This document shows, piece by piece, positions 52,684-61,400 of a stretch of 64,000 nucleotides of DNA; positions within the stretch are counted from its first letter, which is position 1, and each line of letters begins with the position of its first letter. The translations under genes were made by a program, and so were the position numbers. The notes under the pieces were generated by a model. The model made no database searches, had not been told where the DNA came from, and saw only the letters and a program-made list of their open reading frames with translations. Source of the DNA: Sandaracinaceae bacterium (GTDB lineage: Bacteria > Myxococcota_A > Polyangia > Polyangiales > Sandaracinaceae); contig JBGAQA010000029.1 of NCBI GenBank assembly GCA_044220955.1, forward strand, positions 8,420 to 72,419, given 5' to 3'.

Positions 52684-53730
52684 ATGCGAGGGGTACGAGT
52701 CCTGGCTTGGGGTCTGGCGCTCGCGAGCGTGAGCGTTGGTTGCAACAACGGAAACGGCGCGCCGGTCGCGTTCGGGGAGCTTCCGGGGCGGCTCGGGGCG
52801 AGCTACTGCAGCTTCGCGTCGCGCTGCGGCTACACGGCGCTCTTCGAGCAGGGGCTCTTCCACTCGTCGATCACCGACTGCCCGGGCCAGGCAGCGCGCT
52901 ACTTCGAGGACACGACGTTCGCGCAGTACGATCTCGCGATCGACCGGGGCACCATCGTCTACCACCCGGAGAACGCCGGCGCGTGCCTCGCGGCGTTCGA
53001 CGGAATCGGGTGCGGGCTCGGGGCGCTCAGCGGCGCCCCTCCCGGGTGCCGTGAGACGTTCGAGGGCAGGGTCGCCGACGGCGGCGCCTGCACGCTCTCG
53101 GAGGAGTGCTCCGAGACGAGCAGCTGCACGGGGAGCGGGAGCTCCTGCGGGATGTGCTTCCACCAGCTGCAGATCGGCGAGAGCTGCACCTCGGGCGGCG
53201 CCGCGTGCGCGTCGGGATCGTTCTGCACGGCGGGGGTTTGCACCGCGCAGGTCGGGCAAGGCGGCGCGTGCGATCCGATGACGAGCGAGGCCTGTCGCAG
53301 CGGGCTCTCCTGCGTCCCCAACTCGGGCGATCCCTCTCACGGCACCTGCATGGCGCCGCCCACGGCCGGACCGGGCGAGCCCTGCGCCATGGCCACCTGC
53401 GCCACGGGGCTGGTGTGCGCGATCTCGGGGACGTCGGCGACCTGCCGCGCGCCGCGCACCGACGGAACGTGCGAGTACGTCGTGAGCGGCACCGACTGCG
53501 CGGTCGGGACGGTCTGCAACGCGACCAGTCCCGGGATGCCGGGGACGTGCGTCCCGTACCCCGTGCTCGCCTCGCCCTGCACCACCGCCTGCGCCGCGCC
53601 GGCGCGCTGCGTGAACATGGTCTGCCAGCCGACCCGCCGGATCGGCGAGACCTGCGCGAGCTCGGACGAGTGTCTGAGCAGCACGTGCACCGCCGGCGTC
53701 TGTGTCGCGCGCCCTCTCTGCACCCCCTGA
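52684..53730 (+). CDS. Cys-rich lipoprotein
   Basis: GGGAGG RBS; lipobox SVGC; repeated GxxC...CxxGLxC units. Confidence 0.78.
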   Translation: MRGVRVLAWGLALASVSVGCNNGNGAPVAFGELPGRLGASYCSFASRCGYTALFEQGLFHSSITDCPGQAARYFEDTTFAQYDLAIDRGTIVYHPENAGACLAAFDGIGCGLGALSGAPPGCRETFEGRVADGGACTLSEECSETSSCTGSGSSCGMCFHQLQIGESCTSGGAACASGSFCTAGVCTAQVGQGGACDPMTSEACRSGLSCVPNSGDPSHGTCMAPPTAGPGEPCAMATCATGLVCAISGTSATCRAPRTDGTCEYVVSGTDCAVGTVCNATSPGMPGTCVPYPVLASPCTTACAAPARCVNMVCQPTRRIGETCASSDECLSSTCTAGVCVARPLCTP

Positions 53731-53763
53731 CGGTGGGCAGGAACGCGCGGCGTCCATAGTAGG

Positions 53764-54243
53764 ATGCAGCGCGTGGCCGAGCCGTCGAACGATCCGGAGG
53801 GACGGAGTCTGTCGGAGGTCGCGCTCGCCGACCCCGACGGGCGCGCCATCGATCGCGCCGCGCGCTGGATGGGGATGCTGGGGCGATTCCAGGTCCTGGC
53901 CGGAGGCGGCCTCGCGCTCGTGGTCGCCGTCGGCGGGATCGTCTGGGCGCTGAACCAGGCTGGGCCCGTGGAGGTGGAGTCGAGCACCACCCCGCCGCTG
54001 GTGCGCCTCGGGGAGGTGTCCACCGAGAGCGCCGCGCTCGCCGGCGCGATCGTGCTCGCGTTCGGCCTGCTCTTCCTGCGGGGCGGCGTGATGCTCACCG
54101 ACGCGGCGGAAGATCTCGAGCGGCACGCCTCCGGGCGCGCGGTCGAGGCGGGGCTGCGACACCTCGCCGGCTACTTCGTCACCGAGATCCTGGTCGTCTC
54201 GGTGCTGATCGCGCTCCTGGTCACGTTCGGGATGCTGCGATGA
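53764..54243 (+). CDS. Membrane protein (DUF5362-like pattern)
   Basis: Three hydrophobic segments; ARWM..LG...GLRHLAGYF. Start may be GTG 53773. Confidence 0.65.
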   Translation: MQRVAEPSNDPEGRSLSEVALADPDGRAIDRAARWMGMLGRFQVLAGGGLALVVAVGGIVWALNQAGPVEVESSTTPPLVRLGEVSTESAALAGAIVLAFGLLFLRGGVMLTDAAEDLERHASGRAVEAGLRHLAGYFVTEILVVSVLIALLVTFGMLR

Positions 54244-54794
54244 GCGCGAACGACGCGCCGCCCAAGCGCGACGACCAGACGAGCCCCTTTCCGCTCGAGC
54301 GGGGTCGCAGCGAGCCGCCCGCGCTCGCCGAGCGGCCCGACGCGGAGACCACCGGCGAGCGCACCGGGCCCTTCCTGCTGGAGCGCGAGAAGCCGCCGGA
54401 GAGCGAGGCGGAGGGGCGGGCCGTCGAGGCGGAGGCGCGGCTCTGCGCGGACGCGCGTCGCGCCCGGCGGCGCATCGCCGGCACGGTCTTCGTCCACGCG
54501 CTGGCGCTGGGCGGGCTGGGCGCGCTCTCGCTCGTGCGCTGGTCGAAGGGCATGGCGACGCCGCCCGAGCTCGCGCTGGCGGTGCTCGCGCTCGGCATCG
54601 CGCTGGTCCACCTGCGCGCGGCGTATCGGTTCTCGCGCCTCGGCCAGCAAGCGGTCCGCGACGGCCGGCTCCTCGCGGGCGCGCTCTCGGATCTGCGCAC
54701 GGTGATCGTGCTCAAGGCCATCTCGCTCTTCCTCGCGCTCACGCTGATCTGCTTCTCGCTCTCGATGGTGATCTCGCTCGTGGCTTCCATCTGA
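54240..54794 (+). CDS. Membrane protein
   Basis: ATGA overlap with the upstream gene; acidic Pro-rich N-terminus and three TM segments. Confidence 0.68.
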   Translation: MSANDAPPKRDDQTSPFPLERGRSEPPALAERPDAETTGERTGPFLLEREKPPESEAEGRAVEAEARLCADARRARRRIAGTVFVHALALGGLGALSLVRWSKGMATPPELALAVLALGIALVHLRAAYRFSRLGQQAVRDGRLLAGALSDLRTVIVLKAISLFLALTLICFSLSMVISLVASI

Positions 54795-54803
54795 AGAGGA
54801 TCG

Positions 54804-56795
54804 ATGACGAACGAACGAAGGCCGCGCGTCCACCGGATGGTGATGTTCAAGCACGGGGTCGCGTATCTCGAGCGGAGCGGGCCGGCCGATGGGCCCTTCG
54901 AGCTCTCGTTCGACAAGGACGAGATGAACGACGTGCTGAAGTCTCTCGCGGCGTGGGTCGAGAAGGGCCAGGCGCGCGTCACCTCCATCGCGTTCGAGAA
55001 GCCCGAGGATCCGGAGAAGATCCTCGCGCGCCGCAAGCTCGTGCTGGAGCCGACGCACGCGTTGCTGGGCCTGTTCGCCGCGTTCCGCGGGCGCCGCGTG
55101 AAGGTGGAGCTCGCGGCGAGCGCCGTGGAGGGCGAGGTGATCGGCTTCGAGGACGTTCCCGCGGCGGAGGGCGCCTGGGACCGGCGCGTCCTCTTGCGCA
55201 TCGCGGGCGATCGCGTCGGCCTCTTCGCGCTCTCGGACGTACGCAGCGTCTCGCTGCTCGAGGCGCCCTCGCGCGCCGACCTCGAGCTGCTCGTCGACCG
55301 CACGCGCGCGGCCACGGCGGGTGACAACCGCATCGTCGAGATCGGCCTCGAGGGCGAGGCCGAGGATCTGCGGGTCGCCTACGTGGTGCCCGCGCCCGTG
55401 TGGCGCGTGACGTATCGGCTCGTGCGCGGCACGGACGCGCAGGGCGGGGAGACGACGAGCCTCATCGCCTGGGGCATCGTCCACAACCCCGCCGACGAGG
55501 ATCTCGAGGAGGTCGAGCTCACGCTGACGACCGGGCAGCCGGTCTCGTTCGTCATCGACCTCTATCACCCGAAGAACGTGCGGCGGGTGCAGGTCGAGGA
55601 GTCGAGCCGCGCGCTCTCGGCCGCGCCGACGGCCTATGCGGCGGCGATGCCGGCGATGCCCGCGCCCGCGATGGCGCCGGCGGCGGCCGGTCCCTGGGGC
55701 GGGGCGCCTCCACCCGCGGCGCCGGGCGCGCCCCCTCCGCCGATGTCGCGCGCGGCGCGCGCGGGGATCGCCGGCGACATGCTCGCGACCTTCGGCGGTG
55801 CCGAGCCTCCCGCGGCGGGTGTCGAGCGCGGCGAGCTCTTCGAGTACCGCGTCGCGGCGCGCGTCTCGATCAAGCGCGGCGGCTCGGCGATGGTGCCGCT
55901 GCTCGCATCGCAGCTCGTCGCGAAGAAAGAGCGCATCTGGCGCCAGGGCAGCCCGCCCGCGCCCGATCTCGTGCTCACGTTCGAGAACACGACGGGGGCG
56001 GTGCTCGAGGAGGGCGCCGCGGTCGTGTACGACGGCGACGTCTACGCGGGCGAGGCGATGGTGCCCTACCGCGTGCGCGGGGCCGAGGCGAAGCTCGCGT
56101 TCGCGAAGGATCTCGCGGTGCGCTGCAAGCGCGAGAGCAGCCAGCTGCGCACCGTGTCGCGCATCTCGCTCGGCAAGCACGGCCTGCTCGAGGAGGTCCG
56201 CTGGGAAGAGCGCATCGACCTCGGCGCCGAGAGCGACCACGCCGAGCCGATCGAGGTGATCTTCGAGATTCCGCGCACGAACGGGCGCAGCTTCGAGCCA
56301 GGTTCGCCGCAGCCCTTCGAGTCCACCTCTGCGCACCACCGCTTCCGGCTCGCCGTCGAGCCGCGAGCGCGAGCGAGCCTTCGCCTGCGCGAGACGTGGA
56401 TCGAGATGCGTCGCATCGAGTACGAGACCGTGCAGCAGGGCAACCTCGACGGCTGGCTCCGCGACCACCTGCTCGATCCCGGAAGCTGCGCCGCGCTCGC
56501 ACCGATCGTCGGGCTCTGGGCGCGCGCGGCCGAGATCGATCAGCGCATCGCCGTCGTCGAGCGCGCGCGCGCGGCGGCCTACGAGGGCCAGAAGCAGCTC
56601 ACCGCGCAGCTCGGCGTGCTCAAGGAGGGCGGCCCCGAGGGCGAGCTGCGCCTGCGCTACGCCCGCGAGCTCGCCGGTTCCCAGGATCAGGTGAACCGCA
56701 TGGGCCAGGAGATCGCGTCGCTCGCCGTCGAGCGCGACCGCGCGCGGGAAGAGGCTGCGCGCCTCCGGGCCGCCCTCGTGGCCAAGGCGCCCTGA
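54804..56795 (+). CDS. DUF4139-like protein
   Basis: MFKHGVAYLER.G, NDVLKSL, YV.PAPVWR.TYRL, GQPVSF..DLY, GELFEY, SAMVPL; C-terminal coiled coil. Confidence 0.78.
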   Translation: MTNERRPRVHRMVMFKHGVAYLERSGPADGPFELSFDKDEMNDVLKSLAAWVEKGQARVTSIAFEKPEDPEKILARRKLVLEPTHALLGLFAAFRGRRVKVELAASAVEGEVIGFEDVPAAEGAWDRRVLLRIAGDRVGLFALSDVRSVSLLEAPSRADLELLVDRTRAATAGDNRIVEIGLEGEAEDLRVAYVVPAPVWRVTYRLVRGTDAQGGETTSLIAWGIVHNPADEDLEEVELTLTTGQPVSFVIDLYHPKNVRRVQVEESSRALSAAPTAYAAAMPAMPAPAMAPAAAGPWGGAPPPAAPGAPPPPMSRAARAGIAGDMLATFGGAEPPAAGVERGELFEYRVAARVSIKRGGSAMVPLLASQLVAKKERIWRQGSPPAPDLVLTFENTTGAVLEEGAAVVYDGDVYAGEAMVPYRVRGAEAKLAFAKDLAVRCKRESSQLRTVSRISLGKHGLLEEVRWEERIDLGAESDHAEPIEVIFEIPRTNGRSFEPGSPQPFESTSAHHRFRLAVEPRARASLRLRETWIEMRRIEYETVQQGNLDGWLRDHLLDPGSCAALAPIVGLWARAAEIDQRIAVVERARAAAYEGQKQLTAQLGVLKEGGPEGELRLRYARELAGSQDQVNRMGQEIASLAVERDRAREEAARLRAALVAKAP

Positions 56796-56880
56796 CGATC
56801 CGCTCCGGCGCGTGCGCGGGGCCGTGATCGACGGACGCGCTCGCGTGTCCGCTGGTATGCTCCCCGCCGAGGGATCGCAC

Positions 56881-57168
56881 ATGACGGACAAGCGCAGCAG
56901 CAAGACGCGGGGACTCTCGGGGGACGACATCACGACGCGCGCGGTCGGACGACGCTCGGCCATCCGGACGATGGGCGTCACGGTCGGGATCGGGGCGCTC
57001 ACGCTCGGGACGGAGGCCTGCCACCACCACGGCGTCCGCGGATGCACGGACTCCGACCCCGTCGACCGCGCCGGCTACGGAAGGCGATGCGGCGGCTACT
57101 ACGGCCCCGGCTATCGCTGCAGCGATCGCGACCCCTACGATCCGGCCGGCGCCGGCCGCCACTGCTGA
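56881..57168 (+). CDS. Small Tat-signal (lipo)peptide with two Cys-bounded DxDPxD repeats
   Basis: TGGTATGCT extended -10 and GAGG RBS upstream; GRRSAI twin-Arg plus hydrophobic stretch ending TEAC; two 16-aa repeats. Confidence 0.72.
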   Translation: MTDKRSSKTRGLSGDDITTRAVGRRSAIRTMGVTVGIGALTLGTEACHHHGVRGCTDSDPVDRAGYGRRCGGYYGPGYRCSDRDPYDPAGAGRHC

Positions 57169-57181
57169 GCCGCTCGCGCGC

Positions 57182-57718
57182 TCAGCGCAGGTGGACGAAC
57201 GCGTGGCCGCCGGGGCGGAGGCCCTCTCCACGCAGGCGGATCGCCGTGCCCGCACGCAGGGTGGTGAGCCGTACCCGCAGTCGGCGCTCGACGCCGACGA
57301 CGCCGGTGCCCTCGCACTGCGGGCACTCCTCGCGCCGCGACCCGAAGAACGTGGGCACGCGTCTGCCGCCGTCGCCCTCGCAGACCATGCACGTCCGCAT
57401 CGCCCAGAGCGTGAGGGGGATCCAGCGGTGTCGCCGCGCTCCGCTCGCGCTCACCGGGAGCGTGCCCACGAGGTGCGGCCCGACGAGCACGCAGGGGATC
57501 CGGACGGGCGCGATCGCCGCGGACGACTCCCTCTCCCGGAGGCGCAGCACGGTCTCGTACGCGGCGCGGACCTCGCGAAAGCGCGCTGCCGCGAAGGGAT
57601 CGCCGGGGTTGGTGTCGGGGTGCACCGCGCGCGCCATCCTGCGGTACGCGACCTTGATCTCGGCGAGGGAGGCGTCCGGCTCGAGGTCGAGGATCTCGAA
57701 CGCCGTCAGGTTCGCCAT
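57182..57718 (-). CDS. Compact DnaJ-like protein (J domain plus one Zn finger)
   Basis: EIKVAYRR.AR..HPD.NPGD; CMVCEGDG...CPQCEGTG; IRLRGEG. Confidence 0.82.
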   Translation of the reverse strand: MANLTAFEILDLEPDASLAEIKVAYRRMARAVHPDTNPGDPFAAARFREVRAAYETVLRLRERESSAAIAPVRIPCVLVGPHLVGTLPVSASGARRHRWIPLTLWAMRTCMVCEGDGGRRVPTFFGSRREECPQCEGTGVVGVERRLRVRLTTLRAGTAIRLRGEGLRPGGHAFVHLR

Positions 57719-57775
57719 TCCTGCGCTGACATCGGGGCTCGCCCGAGGTTCCCGTCGGCGGGTCGAACGCTCCGC

Positions 57776-58270
57776 TCAGTCGGAGAACGCCAGCCCGCCC
57801 GCCACGGCCGTGATGTCGGGCGGCGGGTACGACACGTTCTGCGCGCTCGGGCGGACCGGTGGCGGTGTGGTCACGACCGCCGCCGACGCACGCCCGGGCG
57901 CTCCGTTCCCGTTTCCGCCCTCGGGCGCGCTCACCGCGACCGGGAGCGTGCCCTGGTCGGCGGCCAGCGTCTGCGGCGCACAGGCCGCGAGCGAGCCGAC
58001 GAGCGCGAGGGGGCCCACCACGCGCGCGAGCCGCGAGGGCTCGGGAGCGAAGACCGGCGCGCCGTCGGCGGAGCGGACGAAGAGGCGCGCGCACACGCTT
58101 CCGTCCCCCTGCGCCCGCAGCGCGCCGATCACCGCCAGCGCGCGCTTGCGGCTCGCACGGCGCAGATCGACCACGGCGCGGTCGCACTTGCTGCAGAGGT
58201 AGGCGCCGCTCGCGTCGCGCGGCATGGCGTCGAGGTTCTCGGAGCAGGGCGTGGCGATGCGGATCTTCAT
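57776..58270 (-). CDS. Hypothetical protein with N-terminal 4-Cys motif and internal TM/lipobox-like segment
   Basis: IATPCSE..DAM...CSKC.RAVVDL...VCARL..R..DG; LVGSLAAC; Pro-rich tail. Confidence 0.68.
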   Translation of the reverse strand: MKIRIATPCSENLDAMPRDASGAYLCSKCDRAVVDLRRASRKRALAVIGALRAQGDGSVCARLFVRSADGAPVFAPEPSRLARVVGPLALVGSLAACAPQTLAADQGTLPVAVSAPEGGNGNGAPGRASAAVVTTPPPVRPSAQNVSYPPPDITAVAGGLAFSD

Positions 58271-58475
58271 GCTCGTTCCGACGCGCGTGTCGCACGAAAG
58301 GCCTGCCGAATTCCCCCGTCGTTCCGACGCGCTGCGTCGTGACTTCCAGTCACAGGAGTGACCGAACGATGACATACGTTGCCGGCGACGCGGGCTATGC
58401 CAGAAACCGGCCCCTTGGCCGAGGCCCGCTCGCACCGCCCGGCGGGTCGACAGAGAGAGAAAGGAAGCCTGGCGC

Positions 58476-61400
58476 ATGTCCTCGCCGAAGTTCGAGCCGA
58501 TCGCAGTCGTGGGAGTCTCGGCTCTGTTCCCCGGTTCGATCGACAAGACCGGCTTCTGGCACGACATCCTCAGAGGGCGTGATCTCCTGAAGGAGATCCC
58601 CGAGTCGCACTGGCTGATCAGCGACTACTACGACGCCGATCCGACCAAGCCCGACAAGACGTACGCCAAGCGCGGCGCGTTCCTCTCGGACGTCCCCTTC
58701 GACCCGATGGAGTGGGGTATCCCGCCGAGCATCGTCCCGCAGACCGACACGACGCAGCTGCTCGCCCTCATCGTGGCCAAGCAGGTGCTCGACGACGCGA
58801 CCCGCGGGCAGTTCGCGTCGATCGACCGCTCGCGCATCAGCTGCATCCTCGGCGTGACGAGCGGCCAGGAGCTGATGGGCTCGATGGTCTCGCGCCTGCA
58901 GCGACCCATCTGGGTCAAGGCGCTGCGCGAGGCGGGGATCCCCGAGAGCGAGGTCGTCGCGATCTGCGATCGCATCTCCGCGAGCTACACGAAGTGGGAG
59001 GAGGCCAACTTCCCGGGCCTGCTCGGCAACGTGACCGCGGGCCGCATCGCGAACCGTCTCGACATCGGCGGGACGAACTGCGTCACGGACGCGGCCTGCG
59101 CCTCGACGTTCAGCGCGATGAGCATGGGCATCAACGAGCTCGTCGTGGGGCAGTCGGACCTCGTGATCGCAGGCGGCTGCGACACGATGAACGACATCTT
59201 CATGTACATGTGCTTCAGCAAGACGCCGGCGCTCTCGCCGACGGGCGACTGCCGCCCCTTCAGCGCGGACGCGGACGGCACGATGCTGGGCGAGGGCCTC
59301 GGCATGGTCGCGCTGAAGCGCCTCTCCGACGCCGAGCGCAGCGGCGACCGCGTGTACGCGGTGATCCAGGGCATCGGGTCGTCGTCCGACGGCAAGGCGC
59401 TCAGCGTGTACGCGCCGCTGCCGCAGGGGCAGGCCAAGGCCGTGCGGCGCGCGTACGCCGTCGCCGGCTACGGGCCCGACACGGTCGAGCTGATCGAGGC
59501 GCACGGCACCGGCACCAAGGCGGGCGACGCGGCCGAGGTCGAGGGCCTCAACACCGTGTTCGACGAGGCCGCGAAGGCTGCGAAGAAGACCGAGCGCAAC
59601 TGGTGCGCGCTCGGCAGCGTGAAGTCGCAGATCGGCCACACCAAGAGCGCGGCCGGTGCGGCGAGCTTCATCAAGGCCGTGATGGCGGTGCACCACAAGG
59701 TGCTTCCGCCGACCATCAAGGTCAGCGCGCCGAACCCCAAGATGAAGATCGCCGAGAGCGCGTTCCACCTCTCGACCCAGGCGCGTCCCTGGATTCGCGG
59801 CAGCGCTCACCCGCGGCGCGCGGGCGTCTCGAGCTTCGGCTTCGGCGGCACGAACTTCCACCTCGCGCTCGAGGAGTACCTCGGACCGGCCGAGGCCGCG
59901 CCGCGCTCGCGCGTGAGCGGCACCGAGGTCGTCCTCGTCACGGCGAGCGATGCGGCTGCCCTCGTCGCCGAGCTGCGCGTGATGGCGGCCGAGGTCGAGA
60001 AGGCCCCGCGCCACCACGACGACTGTCCGGCCGACATGCTCCGGTTCCTGGCCCGCACGACGCAGGAAGGGCTCGACGCCCGCGCGGGCGCGCGCTGCGC
60101 GATCGTCGCGACGGACGACGCCGACCTCGCGGCGAAGCTGAAGATGGCCGCCGACAAGGTCGCCGCGGCGAAGAGCGGCCCTCTCGCGCTGCCGAACGGG
60201 ATCTACTTCGAGGCGGGCGCGCACGAGGGCAAGGTCGGCTTCCTGTTTCCCGGCCAGGGCAGCCAGTACGTGGGGATGAGCGGCGCCGTCGCGATGACAT
60301 GGGACGCGGCGCGCGCGCCCTTCGATCTCGCGGCGGACATGCCCTTCGAGGGCACCCCGCTCGGTGACGTCGTGTTCCCGCACCCGGCGCTCGATCTCGC
60401 GACCGAGAAGCAGCAGCAAGAGCGCATGACCGCGACCGAGTGGGCGCAGCCCGGCCTCGGCGTGGCGTCGCTCGCGTTCTTGCGGCTGATGGACGCGGTC
60501 GGGATCATTCCGTCCGCGGTCGCAGGCCACAGCTTCGGCGAGGTCATGGCGCTCTGCGCGGCCGGCGCGATCGGTCAGAAGGACATGCTCGCGATCGCGC
60601 GCAAGCGCGGCGAGCTGATGCGCGACGCGGGCAAGTCGACCCAGGGCTCGATGACGGCGGTCGTACTGAGCGCCGAGAAGCTGCGCGCGCGGATCGAGCA
60701 GTCGAACCTGCCGGTCGTCGTCGCCAACGACAACGCGCCCGATCAGGCCGTGCTGAGCGGTCCGACGGGGGCGATCGAGGCGATCGAGAAGCAGCTCGCG
60801 AGCGAGGGCGTCACCTTCAAGCGGCTCGACGTCGCGACCGCGTTCCACTCGAGCGTCGTGAGCGATGCGACCAAGCCCTTCGCGCAATTCCTCGAGAGCG
60901 TCTCGTTCGGCCTGCCGAAGTGCGACGTGATCGCGAGCGCGACGGCGAAGTCCTACCCGCAGGGCAGCAAGGAGGCGCGTGGCGTGCTCGCCGAGCAGCT
61001 CGCGCAGCCGGTCCGCTTCGTCGAGCAGGTCGAGGCGATGTACGCGTCGGGTGTCCGCACGTTCGTCGAGGTCGGCCCGGGCTCGGTGCTCACGGGACTG
61101 GTCGGCAAGATCCTCGGGGCGAGGCCGCACCGCGCCATCGCCCTCGACAAGAAGGGGGCGAGCGACCTGTCGGCGTTCCACCACGGCCTCGCGCGCCTCG
61201 CGGCGTCCGGCCTGCCGGTGAAGCTCGGCGCGCTCTGGGCGGCGTTCGAGGTGCCGGTCGATCCGCGCACGCGTCCGAAGCCGAAGATGAAGCTGATGCT
61301 CAACGGCTCGAACTACGCCAAGCCCTATCCGCCGAAGGGCGGCGCGGCGGCGCTGCCGCCTCCGAACCCGGACCGCACCCAGCCGCGGAGCGCAGCCGCG

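Noticed and set aside
58390..58435. Possible sigma-54 promoters (TGGC...GC) on either strand
   Set aside because: GG-to-GC spacing is off by one or two nt in both orientations.
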